Positions 1-13,540 of a stretch of DNA of 64,000 nucleotides are shown here, piece after piece. A program made the position numbers and the translations under genes. How positions within the stretch are numbered: position 1 is the first letter of the stretch; each line of letters begins with the position of its first letter. The DNA is from Flaccisagitta enflata (lineage: Eukaryota), in assembly GCA_965153355.1 (NCBI GenBank), contig OZ231126.1:25792001-25856000 (forward strand), given 5' to 3'. Under the pieces are notes generated by a model. That model worked only from the letters and a program-made list of their open reading frames with translations. It was not told the origin of the DNA and made no database searches.

Positions 1-230
<230 letters not shown>

Positions 231-842
231 TGCTCTTGGAATTGGTTGCTGACGGAGGCAATTGGAAAGGAGAACTCGCGTGGTTTCAAGACCTCACTGA
301 AAGGAGGCCAATGTAGAGGCGAAGGTGGAGGCAAAGTTGAGGGCAAAGTCAAAGTTGAAGGCAAAGGCAGAGGCAGAGGAAAATTTGGGGGCAAGGGTAA
401 ACGTAAAGGCAGAGGATGAAGCGGAGATGGGGGCCAAACCAGACCAAAGAGGGTAAAGCTTTTAAAAAAAGCTGAGGGTGTAGGCAGAGCTGAGGGAAAA
501 GGCAAAATTGAGGACATAGTCAAAGTATAGGATCATGGCGAAATTGTGGAAAAAGACAGGTGGAAAAAGTCGTTCTTGCTGGCAATAAAAGGGGCTAAGT
601 TTTGGGCATTGGCAAATATTGTGGAAAAGGTTAAGGCAAGTTCTACGAAAACAGGGGCAGGAAAAAGTCAAAGGAAAGGGCGAAGTTGATGGCAAACTCA
701 AAGTTGAGGGCACAGCCACAGGCAGACGCAGAGATGAGGGCAAACCTAAGTTGATAGAAAATCCAGAGGGAAAGATGAGGGCAAAAGCAAACTTGAGGGC
801 AAAGACAGTTGTTGCAAAAGATTATGTTTTCCTGAATTCTTT

Positions 843-1044
843 AACGAGGCCGGATACACAGCAGGGGCAGTGATGAAAAAGGCCAATCAAGCATTTGGGC
901 AGAAGCAGTGGTGCAAAGACAAACCATAACCGATAAACCGATAAACGCCGAATAAATCAAAATCAAAATGTTACCAATCAACGGAGAGAGACGAACCGAC
1001 TGACCGAAATAGCGACTTAAAGATTCGCGTAGCACGCGACTAAA
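843..1044 (-). mobile_element. Family B HINE/Helentron-like element, degenerate copy
   Basis: aacgaggccggatacac 3' end and ttcgcgtagcacgcgactaaa 5' palindrome match other family B copies. Confidence 0.65.
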
Positions 1045-1377
1045 GATTTGTACAACGGCTGTGTTGCACTTAATTTTGGCCATGAAGGTATTCTTGTCCC
1101 TAAAAACATTCCCGAATGGATGTTTTTTCTAGAAAGCAACGAAAGAATGTTGTGAAGTACAACGTACATTGTTCGGAGGAAAGAATGAGCTAAAAAGTCA
1201 TACATCAAAGAACAAAATTATGAGGACATGATGCGTTCAACCGAGACTGAGGCAAAAATTAATAACTCGACACAAGTTAAAGTCAATCCCATGATTAAAA
1301 TGGATTTCAGGAGATCAAGATTCGTTAATCGGAAAAATTAATCATCAAAACCGAGTCTGTTGGAGTTATTTAGCTTT

Positions 1378-1582
1378 TTAACCGCGTGCTACGCGACTCT
1401 ACACCCTGCTTTGTCGGTCCGTCGGTCCGCCGGTCCGTCCGTCCGTCGGTCCGTCAGACATTACTTTTTCGGCGTCTATGGGGTTTTTGGCCTTGCAGCT
1501 CCTGCCCAAATGCTTCACTGACTTCAATTATGGCGCCTACCCACCCGCACGCGACTAGGGTAGCCGTGTATCCGGCCTTGTT
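1378..1582 (+). mobile_element. Family B HINE/Helentron-like non-autonomous element
   Basis: T-run, 5' palindrome (cgcgtgctacgcgact), GTCC/GTCG microsatellite, 3' subterminal IR gcacgcgact, hairpin gccg-tgtatc-cggc, then ttgtt. Close copies lie at 33417 and 62993. Confidence 0.85.
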
Positions 1583-2225
1583 TTTTTCTTCTCCCTCTCC
1601 GTTTTATTGATAAATGGTCGTCTCCTTCCGTAAAAGGACCCAGTGTCACTCATTTTGTATCTGCCATCATTTATCAAAACCTAATGACAAATGTTCTTTC
1701 AAATTTTTTCTCTCTCTCTCTAAGTTCTCCCCCTTTTAAAAAAGAATTTCTCCTTTTTTAATGACTCTTTATTACAACCTACAAATCAACTGGAGAAATG
1801 ATGATTTATTGATTCGCTGCGCGACTAGGATAGATTCAGGAAGAAAAAAAGGGGAAAAGTGGGAAAACTCCCTTTGGACGGACTCACACACGTGTACAGA
1901 CGGATTGATATAATCAAACGAGGGCAAGTAATAAGTTGAGGCAACTAACCCGGGGTTACCACATCGTTGTGGACAGAAAGGGGGGGCGGAGGGAAAAGGG
2001 ACGGGAATGCCTGTTCCGATAAAAGAAATAAAAAGTAATGATAATGCACATGAACCAATATATCCTATTCGTTACAGGCGGATTTCTGGTACTGTTTGGG
2101 TTCGTAATTTCAGGCTGTAACTGTACATACAAGGAAATCTATCAGGCATGGGAATTTACGAAAGGAAATGAAACAAAGCAGCGGGAGCTGCTGAGCATGT
2201 TTCGCCTTGAAACTCTCTCTCTCTC

Positions 2226-2306
<81 letters not shown>

Positions 2307-2373
2307 CATCTGGTTTCCTAAACCCACTTACATGCAATGGCACAACTGCGGGAAATTGGGTCGGGGAAGAGAA

Positions 2374-2472
<99 letters not shown>

Positions 2473-3165
2473 CAGACAGAGAGACAGAAAAGGACTCAAC
2501 CATTTCCGAGTGGTCAGATTGTGCTGTATCCGATCGATCATGGGCCGTCAGAGTCCGGAATGTCAATGATTGACGTGTCCATGCTTGTGATACGGCTTCC
2601 AATCCAACTCAACGAATTCTGCAACATGTTCATCCATCAAATATTGAAGATTGATCAGTTTTTGGGACGATTTCTGGATGCAATAGTGGGAGCCAAAGCC
2701 AAAGTTCAATTTTAGCGAACAGTTATCTTTGTACTTTAAATGGGATTTTCTTCATTGAATCACATTCAAAACCACAATGTGAGCACTTATGAAAGCACCT
2801 CGAATAACATCTGTAATAACTATTGATCATTTCAGAAAAACTGACATTCTTTATCAAAACAAACCTGTTTTAAAGTATATGGAGTTATGTGGTTGACATA
2901 AATCAATCGGTTTTATCTCTTACAAAAGAAATGTTTAGCATTGATAAGCAAAAAATGCATTAGTTTCCTTTAACATCAATTTTTTTTTTCTGTAAAAAAA
3001 TTTAATGATGCAAGCCAGATACTGTAAAACATTGTTTCAGGGATCAGAAATTTTCTGCAATGCCTACAGATATCTTGCTATTCTACCAATTTTTTTTTTT
3101 TCAAATCTGCAGTAGTTTGATTTGTCAATCTTATCCCTCAAAATGCCTGTGCAGCTTAGTTAACA

Positions 3166-3259
<94 letters not shown>

Positions 3260-3487
3260 CGAGACTTTCTTTGCATGAAACTAAGAGAATGCGGAAATAT
3301 ATCTCTATCCTTTTTTCGTGTGTTGATATTGAGTTGGTGGTGTTGTCGGTGTGGTCCTCGGGAGTGTGTGTGTGTCTCTGCTCAGCACTTAAGAGTGGAG
3401 CTGAGAGTTTGAATGCAGTTTCTATGTCGAGGCCAACGTAATAACCGGATTAAGAATCCGCCGGAGGAGGGCAACTTGTCACTTTTT

Positions 3488-3556
<69 letters not shown>

Positions 3557-4330
3557 AGCCTCTTTCAAAAAGACAAAAAAGAAAAGTAAATCTAAGACTT
3601 TCTCCCAATTTGACTTTTTTTTTCTTCTAATTTTCTTTTTTTCTATTTTCCAATATCCTGCCTTTGATTGGTCCCCTCCATGGCAATTTCTTCTCTCATT
3701 GGTCAATCTTGTCCTCGACGTCATAAACGAGAGATTTTTGTGTCAACGACGTTTTTGGTGGAAGTCATATTGATTGGGGATGATTGATCGTTTTGCGCCT
3801 CGAAGCTACGATAGGATCGAAGTGAAGCGTAGACGCCTTCTCTGCTTGTCGACATCATCGTCGTCCTCCAGCCACGTTGAAGACCACTTGGAGGTACGGC
3901 AGGAGGTAGAGGAGGGGGAGGAAGAGGAGGAGGAGGAGGATAAGAAGGAGGAGAAGATGGATTGTCGCGGGTAAACCGGAAGATCGGCTGTACCCGTTGT
4001 CCTTGTACAAATATAGGTACCTTAGAGCGAATACATATTTCAGAAGCGTTTCATTAGTCGCTTGCTTTGCAACTCTATAAGAGGGTGTGTCTGTAGGCTG
4101 GTTGGTTGGTTGGTTAGTTGGTCCGTATTGCAAAAATTTAGATGACGCGAAATCGGCTGAAATAACGGTTTTTGAGCATTACGGATCTAGCTCAGCCAAA
4201 ATACAGCCCCCGCCCACCTAAATGCTGCCCCTGCCCTCTCGCAGTGGTGCCCCTGCCCACTCGCAAGTGACCTGCCGATGCCGTGGCAAAACCAAACACA
4301 AGACATGTACTCAAAGACCAAGGCCATGTA

Positions 4331-4942
4331 CAGTGCGGCGCAAAAATAAGTTTCAATCAGTTTAGTAAGCAAATATTTCAAAAGTAGTGAGTTTAGACAA
4401 TTAAAATCCATGATGTATTTAAACATCTTCAAAAATTCTACAAATCTAGTCCAATCCCATTATTGTAACTTAATTTGTAAAAAAGTTATACAAGTTCAAA
4501 GAGGGGATATAATTAACCAGTACTAACTATTGATGAAACACATCTTAGACCTTGTTTTTCTTTAATAGACTAAAAAAGAATCATGATTCATGCATCATAT
4601 CCATGAGCTTTTTAAAGATCTTCAAAAAATCTACAAATCTAGACCAAGCAGAACTTTATAGCTTGTTTCCTTTTCAAATGACATTAGTTTGAAGTGAATC
4701 AGTCATGTTTTCAAACCATGAAAATATCATCATTTTTTGCTGTTTTTCCCAAGGTAATTTTGATATGTACTACTTCAAATCAATATCACGTCTAAACAAA
4801 AAAAGATAGAAATCTGGGATTGGTCCCAAATTAAAGAAAATTAAAAATCCTTTAATAATCTCACTAATAAAAGGTTTTTATCTGCTATGGAACATACAAA
4901 AGACTTGTGACAAGACCTGAAACTTATTTTTGCGCCGCACTG
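4331..4942. mobile_element. Tc1/mariner-type MITE inserted in a degenerate family B element (about 4054-4950)
   Basis: Perfect 25-bp TIR cagtgcggcgcaaaaataagtttca, TA on both sides (4329-30, 4943-44), CAGTG terminus. Confidence 0.9.
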
Positions 4943-5228
4943 TACAAGGTTCCTACTTTTCTACAATGACGACGTCAATGGAAAAGATGCCCGTCAAGAA
5001 GATGACGATGACGACGACGAAGGAGTTGAGTTGAAGCATAACGACGACGATGACGACGACGACGACGATGAAGGAGTTGAGTTGAGGCATAACGACGATG
5101 GGGGGGGGGGTGTTGGATAACGACGATGGAGCACTGGATAACAAAGTCTTCATTGACAACGACCCATGGAACTGCCGAAGACACGTAACCTTGAAATTGG
5201 CCCGTTATAAAATAAAAAAAAAAGAAAC

Positions 5229-5272
<44 letters not shown>

Positions 5273-5500
5273 ACCCCTCGAACTGTATTACGGTTGAGGG
5301 TATTTGGACTGTGACATTTGGAAAGGAGGTCTGAACGAGATGATCCATCATTTTGCTTCAATCCTGTTTGTCTGACAACTCATTGACACTCGGAGAGCAG
5401 AGAAGCTGAGAAGCTGAAAGTAAGAAGGACTTCGATACAAAGCTCAAAAACTTTTTTTTTAACTTGGGGCCAAGAGAAAAAAAAGTTAGGCTGAAAAAGG

Positions 5501-5703
5501 AACAAGGCCAATGCGTTACAAGTCGCGTGCGGTCTTGAAGACTAAAGGACTAAAGACCTACTGACCAAAAGACAACAACTAAAAGCAGGAGCAGTAATGC
5601 AAAAAACACCCAAAAACGCCAAAAAAAGCTAAGCGTGACGGACCGACCGACCGACCGACCGACGGACAGAGTGGGTCATAGAGTCGCGTGCACGCGACTA
5701 AAA
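5501..5703 (-). mobile_element. Family B HINE/Helentron-like element
   Basis: aacaaggcc end, agtcgcgtgc subterminal IR, (GACC)n, agtcgcgtgcacgcgactaaaa palindrome. Confidence 0.85.
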
Positions 5704-6414
5704 AAAAAGGTAATGAGGGAAACATGCAGGACAGAAAAAAAAAAACTTATCAAGGAACACTTGCAGGGCATTTTTGTCTTTGAATTATTTGGATGTAGTG
5801 GATTTTTTTCTTAGTAGTGCGCCAACCACTCCAAATAAGAAAAAAAAATGCTGCGTCCATTTTTCAGTTTGTCAGTCGGTTCGTCGGTTGATCACACGTT
5901 GATTCTACATTGTTTACGGGCCGTCATCACAAAACTGCCCGTTTCATAATCTTTTCGTTTTTCTAGCTTATTTAAAGCGATTGGCGGTATCGTCTTTTCT
6001 GCCATATTACTGTCTGATCAATCATTGCTGTTTGTATTTCATAATGGAGTATGAATGAATCGAATGCTTAACAGCTCCTATTTGATGAGTCTTTAAGAGG
6101 TGGGAGATTTAAAGATTCTCTACTAAAGAGTGTTCCTCGAGCATGTTTGCGTTGAATTTACCAATTATTATCCATCACTGTTTTATGAATACAGCTAAAA
6201 TGAAGATAGACGGATGGGCTGATGGACTGAAGCTCAAACCAAAGGGTTTCGTATTCACTGTAAAATGCATATATACATTTTCCCCCATTTTCTGGCTTTT
6301 CATTAGCGCGCCAAACCTTCAACGGAGCCACGTCCTGTTTGTCTCGTCTACTTGTTCATCCATGAGATGCAAAACTGAATTTGTATGCGAAAGAAACAAG
6401 AAGAACCCAACGAG

Positions 6415-6454
<40 letters not shown>

Positions 6455-7517
6455 CCAGAGAAAAACAGAGAGCTGAGTAGAAAAAAGAGAAAGGAAAAGA
6501 AATATAAGAGAGATTCGAATATGCAAATTTGCTTTTCGCTTCAGGTTTGAGTTTTTCGGTTCGCCTGTTTTGTCTGGGACCGAAATATTCCAACTCCCAA
6601 CTTTGGCAGGAAAAAAGAAGAAAGAAAAAAAAGAAGAAAGGGTGATAGAGAAGAAAGAAGATTGGGGAAAAGGGAGAGAAGGAATAAATGACGAATGGTT
6701 GGATGAAATTAGAGTGACAAGGTTAGGGTGAAGGGCAGTCAGACGGAAAAAGGAAAAAGAACTTGCATATCGTAGTTGGGCAGCAGCAACCTTTTGCTTT
6801 TTGTTAACGAGCCTGATTTCGTTATTTGCCTCTATATACATTTAACCAAAGGGGCTTTATTCATCGCATAAATACCACAATTGGAATTGTATCAGGTTAA
6901 ATAAACTGCTTAAATAAACTGAAAAAAAAACACGATTTTACTGGAATAGTTTTTTTCCACACCTGTAGAAGAAAAAAGCTATACACAAACAGATAACCTA
7001 TCAGCTCTAAGCGACTCTTCACCTTATCTCGTCCATCTGTCTGTCTGTCGGTCTGTTGGCCGGTCGGTCTATCAGTTTGTCCGTCGGTCCGTCACAAAGT
7101 TCTAGATTCATCCTTTTATCCATCTTAAAATTAGGGATTCCCTTATTATTGTCAGCCTTGTTGTTTGAATGTTCTGGCGCACGCGACGTTGTTATAATCA
7201 ACAACGAATTTGGTGCAATAAACGTGGACACAAAATGTATCAAGGAGGGAAGTGAAGGCAGTCGCTGTTTGTGCCGGGTTTTTTTCACATTCGCTTCCAT
7301 TTTAAAGTTCAAATACTAGAACTTATCCAACCCACCAAATTGGAAGTGGTCAACTGCGTCCACATCACTGTCATTGAGACAGGATGCCAGGTCATAAAAA
7401 ATGTGACAAAGATCAGATCATTGGCATTTGCACCGGTCAGATTGAAACTACTTCATAGAAGGGTGGGTAGTGGGGAGGAAGGTTTATAGGGAAAGAAGCA
7501 CGTTAAAATGTATGGTA

Positions 7518-8026
7518 CAGTAGATGTCGTCTAGACTTGGAAATACGGGGGAGCTCATAACCTCAGCATCAGTACAGTGGGGGGACTGATATTTTGTTAG
7601 TGTAATGTATAGACCCTAAGGGGTTGACGATGGGATATGGCATCCCCCTACGGCTTACCTTACAAAAAAAACTTTTAGTATAAAATGTTAGGATCAATCA
7701 CTTTTATGGCAGAATTTCAGCTTCATCTATTTGCTTTAATTGCAAAACCAGCCTAGGATTCGAACCTGGTACTTTTAAAGAAATAAAGTGATCAAGAGGG
7801 TTTAGAAGTCAAATGAGTTAACCATTAGACCAATTCCGGCAGCTGTTGGAGCAGAGCAAATATGTTTTAGTATATTCAAAAGAATTTTTTATCCACAGAG
7901 CTGCCATACCCCATCGTTAACCCTATAGGACATAAGCATTATACGGACACAGTTTCATTTCATTGGGGCAAATGGTAATTAGGATATGAGGGCCCCCGTA
8001 TTTCCAAGTCTAGACGACATCTACTG
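7518..8026. mobile_element. Tc1/mariner/pogo-type MITE
   Basis: Perfect 34-bp TIR cagtagatgtcgtctagacttggaaatacggggg with TA on both sides. An inner imperfect IR pair lies at 7615-7642 and 7902-7929. Confidence 0.9.
7748..7840 (-). pseudogene. tRNA-derived (Pol III A/B box) remnant
   Basis: Minus strand reads GCCGGAATTGGTCTAATGG (A box, 7822-7832) ... GGTTCGAATCC (B box, 7756-7766). No clean anticodon arm. Confidence 0.45.
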
Positions 8027-8085
8027 TAAGTCATGGGCCGACCTAAAATTTGCATATAATAGAAAAAAAGACGAGTCTCTCTCTA

Positions 8086-8126
<41 letters not shown>

Positions 8127-8801
8127 TTTCCTTTTTTTCCAACCTGTGAGGGGGCGGAACACATTCGTCCTTTCTCATCCAGTTGCGCGCAAATTTAAGA
8201 CGCTTTTGTCTTTTCACTTCCAAACTTTCTCTCAACCTTGCTATCCTTAGTCGACTCACTCTCTCACGCACTGTAAACCTTTCTTTCCAAGTGCCGACTC
8301 ACTTTTCAATTCACCATAAACCTTGGTAACCATTTCTATCATTATCATTCTGTCGTTTCTATCGATATCTGCCCTGCTGCCAATTCAAAGCTTGAACTCA
8401 ATCTCAACTTGATGTTCTTTCAGACCTTTCTCTCATTTTTCTCGATCTTTCCGTTAGATTCTCTTGCTACTCTCAACCTTGCCTTTGTAATCTCAAACTA
8501 CATCTTGTAACCCTGCGTGGTGGTCGGTGGGTGGATCCATTTACCATTCCATTTATCTATTGGTCAGTCACAGTGAGCCTTTCATGATTTTACGGGCTAG
8601 TTTTATATTTCTGTCTCATAGAAATGCATCACTGCACCTACTCACCTGAATTTTTCAGCAGTCAAATATTACCACTCATTTTGCTCTTCACTTTTTGAAA
8701 TACTCACTAAACTGCCTGACTTAGCTGTCCAATAGCATCCGACTGTGAGGGATTTTGTAGTCACTTTTCGATTTTATGCGGATCATTACATGCAATCTTT
8801 T

Positions 8802-9597
8802 GGGCAGCGGCCCCGAAGGGGACGAAGTCCTGTAGAGCACAGGGGGAATCTTTCCGTCCGTACGTCCGTACGTCCGTACATCCGTCCGTCCCCCCCTCGC
8901 CCCACCCTCGGCTTCGTCTCCTTTGGGGCCCAAATCCAAACTGAATGGCCCACATCCGAGCAAAATGGTCCAAATCCGCCCAAAATTGGCCAAATCCAGG
9001 CAAAATGGCCTGAGACCAAGTAAAATGGGCTTTATCTGGCTAGAAAACCTGAATTCTGGCCTGAGTTCTATCATCTTGGCCCCTTAAACTTAGATTCTGG
9101 CTCCAAAAACCCACATCCACGCCTTAGAGACCCAGATCCTGACCTTTGAGACCCAGATTCTGACCTCCAAGACCTAAGTTCTGGCCTAAAAGACCTAAAT
9201 CCTAGCCTCAGAGGACCAAATCCTGACCTCAGAAACTGAATTCCTTGCCTCTGAGATCAAGAAATTGGTCTCAGAGACCCAGATCCTGGCCTGCTCCTGC
9301 CTCAACTTAACCTACAAACTATACAAAAATGGCAAGGGTACCATTGTCCATATTCTGCCTTTTGTCAGTTCTCCTTGATATTCAATGAAAATTTGAAAAA
9401 CAGGGCATCCTGGACAGAAGGAAGGCAAACAGGACGGACGGACGGACGAACGGATGGACGGACGGACAGGTTCCCCCTGTGTTCTACAGGACTTCGTCCC
9501 CTTCGGGGCCGCTGCCCTGCTCCCTCTCAACCTTCATCACTTCCTACTCAAGCAGGGCACGGGTACCGCTGACCACTTACTGCCTTTGGGCTGCTAT
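8802..9597 (+). mobile_element. Family A Helentron/Helitron-like non-autonomous element
   Basis: Starts in a T-run with gggcagcggccccgaaggggacgaagtcctgt. Contains a GTCC microsatellite, about 21-bp central tandem repeats, an inverted copy of the 5' ~50 bp at about 9471-9517, and an ~80-bp tail ending in a hairpin plus CTAT. A close copy lies at 32271. Confidence 0.85.
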
Positions 9598-10089
9598 TGA
9601 TATTCATTTACCTAGCTTTTTTTTAAACCCGTGTGATAGATTGAAAAGAATCTGGCCATTTCTGTATATCCCAAGCTCGTACATGGAGAAACTTGGAGGT
9701 GGGAATGTACTAAAACATGTGTTTGTTAGATTAGATTTAAGAAAATGACATCTGATATCTATGACCTTATTGAAGCCCCTTTCCTGCATTGATAAAGGCG
9801 GCCAATTCTTTGGGTTTGACACGATAGAAAAAAGAATAAATGAAAAAAAAAACACAATGTCTGGCGACCTGACATACAAAACCATACGAAAAGGGTTTAA
9901 CCCTTTAGCCTCATTTTTTGTTTCTTTCTTATAGATTGTTTGTTGAAAGGCAAAAAATTCGTTTGAAATCGAAAGAGAACAAAGTTTTCTATTTTGTGTG
10001 GATGGAAATTGGCAACAAGTAGGTGGCAGTTTCATGGGTGACCAAAAAAAAATTCCCTTGAGACTCTAGAGACTCTTTTTGTCTGGGAG

Positions 10090-10300
<211 letters not shown>

Positions 10301-11498
10301 TACAGACAAATAAACACAGGAATATAGACAAACAGACTGACATACTGATGGGCAGATACACAAACAGACTGACAGGATGACAATCAGATGGAAAAACAGA
10401 CCAGAAAAAAAAGAAAGAAACGAACAAACAGAATGATAAACAAAAAGTCGAGAAGACATCAGTCAAACAGAGAGACAGAGAAAAAGTCAAGCAGAGAAAG
10501 GGAGAGGGACAGAATAACAATGACAGAGGGATAAAGACACAAATAGAGACAAAGAGACAGAGAAAGACAGATAAACTGAGATATTCAGACAAAAAGACAG
10601 AGAGAGACAAAGAGCGACAGAAAAGCAGAGACAGCGAGGCAAAGAGAGTGAAAGAGACAAAGAGCGACAGAAAAATAGAGACAGCGAGACAAAGAGACAA
10701 AGAGAGACAGAGACGTCTGGAGGTGGAGTTCTGAAGCGGCTTCCATTTCAGTTCCCCTCGGCCTTTGTGACCCCAATCAAGAAAGGAAGAAACGTTCCTT
10801 TAGGCGAGGGTGGTGAAATATGGATAGCAAATGCGGGGGTGGTGAAACCCAGATTGCAATCGCGGGGGTGGTCATGATATTGATGGAAAATGCAAATGAG
10901 GGGGTGGCGAATTTTTTGAGATTGCGATTGCCGAGTTGGTCATAACATGGTGAGCAAAGGCGGTAATGGCTTCAGTCATTTCAAGAGGTACTAAAGAGTT
11001 GAGTTATATAAGCTGTATAGAATATATTGATCATTGCATATCGACTTTTGAATTTGGACGAAGACTATCATTTAGACTAAGACTAAGGCCTCGGGATTCC
11101 AAAGTGTCTTCGTGTAGTGGTCTCAGTTACAAGATGTTGAGATTTGTGACATGGCGTGGATGTGTCATGTGTGCCATTGCCAAAATCAACCGTTTCCTAT
11201 TACTTGCTTATCCATTTGGCCACAAAAAATTCAATCTGTCATCACCATGAATGGCATGAAGTTCAAAGCTTGTCATGTAAAACTTTATCTGTTGTATAAA
11301 CCCTATTGAATAAAAAACAAAACAAAACAGAACAAATCAAAACAAGGCTGGCTGTCTAGATGGCGCTTCAACATTTATGTTGTTCTGGTTCTTTTTTGCC
11401 TGTGTTTTATCTTAAATTCCTGCTCTCAACTTTATAATTCTGCCATGGTATACCTGTGCGACACTTTATGTGGGAATATAAACCATTCAAAACCATTA

Positions 11499-11517
11499 TA
11501 AAACAAAACAAAACAAA

Positions 11518-11548
<31 letters not shown>

Positions 11549-11618
11549 CAAAACAAAACAAAACAAAACAAAACAAAACAAAACAAAACAAAACAAAACA
11601 AAACAAAACAACACAAAA
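11499..11618. repeat. (AAAAC)n pentanucleotide repeat
   Basis: Directly visible. Confidence 0.95.
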
Positions 11619-11998
11619 CGAAACAGTCAACACTTATTGGTCAGCATCAATGCCAGATTGTCAAGGCGGAAACACATGGAGAAAACTTAAAAGATACACG
11701 GACAGTCCGATTAAAAGAATAGTGGCTACCGTCTAACGAAAACAAAATAAAAAAGAGAGGGGAGGGATGAGGAAGGAAGTATAAAGATTGAATAGGAGGG
11801 TGGGGTTTAGAGTCGAAGAACATATGAAGAACGGAGGGTGAGTTATCCTCGCCTTATCCTTTGAATCCTTCGTCCTGTTCTCACTTTCGTTGACATGAGT
11901 TGACCTTCTTTCGTTTCGAGACTTCTTACCAGCTCTTTTGCCCCCTTTTTTTCACCCGCTTTCTTACCCATGAATTTCCATTTCGAATATCCTTACAC

Positions 11999-12076
<78 letters not shown>

Positions 12077-12330
12077 TCTTTCATTTTCAATTCACTGCAC
12101 GACTGATTTCATTTCAGGGCTGCTAACCCGCTTTCCTACAGGGTGATCAATCTCAAAGTGGGAAAAGTATTAAGCTTACATTTCTAAATGCATCAAATTT
12201 ATGGCCTGAGATCGATTTTCTATTATAGTACAATGTTTGACGTTTTTTGTGTTAAAATTTCATTGGTTTAGCTAGAATAGTTCGTCCACAACATCAATTG
12301 GAAGTAAAACAATCATTTACAGTTTTACTA

Positions 12331-13540
12331 CTCGACTCAAAAAAAAAGCCGCACCCTATTTTGAGTTGATGTGTAAGAAAAAAAAATGATTCGAAATTTT
12401 TTTTGTTAAAGTGATTTGAAAGATTTTTTAATTTTCTTTCATTCTAGACCAATCCCAGATCTGTACCTCAAACGGTTTAGGAGCTAGAGCTCTGCAAAGA
12501 AAAGCACTATTTTAGTAAAATACATTTTTTTCATAAGGATTGCGAAACTGAAAAAGGCAACATTATAACTCAAACTAACGCCATTTCTAAACAAAAAAAG
12601 ATAGCAATACCAGATTGGCGCCAAATGAAAGATCTTTTCAAGAGCTTTCTAATGGTCTAAGATTTTGATTAGTTTTTTAACGATTTAGTATCGGGCAGGG
12701 ATCCAGGATGAAAATATCTCAATTTTAAGGGTTTAGAATAAAAAAAAGACACCACTCCCAATTTTTTGCACAGGGTATCTAAGAAGGGTTTAAAATCAGA
12801 ATATGATATTCATTTTGGTCAATTATTGGCCAATGAAATTAGAAACAGTTTTTTGTACTATGAATTGTGTTTTTTACCATAAAAACATTGAATATCTAAT
12901 ATTTTTTGGTTGATTTTGACTGAAACTGATGTATTTTGATCATAGGTACTATGCTTACTCAATTTTTGGTGTTTTTGACCAATTTTGGCCATTTTTGGAA
13001 ATTTGCACTTTTACCTTATTTGCATATTGCGGTTTCGCATCTTTCGCATTTTTCGCTCATAATCTGAGCGTTTCTTTTAGTAGCACTATGAAACTCATAC
13101 CTGATGCATATTCTTACTTAAGACACAGTCTTCAATGTTTTTTTTTTAGAATTGTAAAAATTTGGCTTATTCCCTCATAATTTGGCTTTTTAAAGCCATT
13201 TTTAAGCTCCTTAGGCATATATCAAAATATAATGAGTGCACTCAAATATCATTCTTAACAAGGGCTACCTATTTCTGCAAAAAAAATCATGGAAACAATA
13301 AAAGAAATACTGTTTTTAAAGCAAAAATAGCAGTTTTTACCACAAAAAAACGTTTCTAATTCTATTGGCCAATATTCAACCAAAATGAATATCATATTCT
13401 GATTCTAGACCCTTTTTAGGACCTCTGTGCAAAAAATTAGGGGTGGTGTCTTTTTTTTTTTTTTTAGAAATTTTCATCCTGGATTCCTGCCCGGTATGAC
13501 AATTTGTCATTTAAAAGTGCGGCTTTTTTATTGAGTCGAG
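12331..13540. mobile_element. TA-flanked MITE; middle layer of the nest
   Basis: TIR ctcgactcaa..aaaaagccgcac / gtgcggcttttttattgagtcgag. An uninterrupted relative lies at 46767-47165. Confidence 0.85.
12691..13494. mobile_element. TA-flanked MITE with ~170-200 bp TIRs; inner layer of the nest
   Basis: TA-tcgggcagggatccaggatgaaaat ... attttcatcctggattcctgcccgg-TA, with long inverted similarity (aatcagaatatgatattcattttgg / ccaaaatgaatatcatattctgatt). Confidence 0.85.

Noticed and set aside
290-873. Lys/Ala/Glu/Gly-rich ORF-like region
   Set aside because: Degenerate gcaaag/gttgag periodic repeat with stops in each frame and no recognisable domain.
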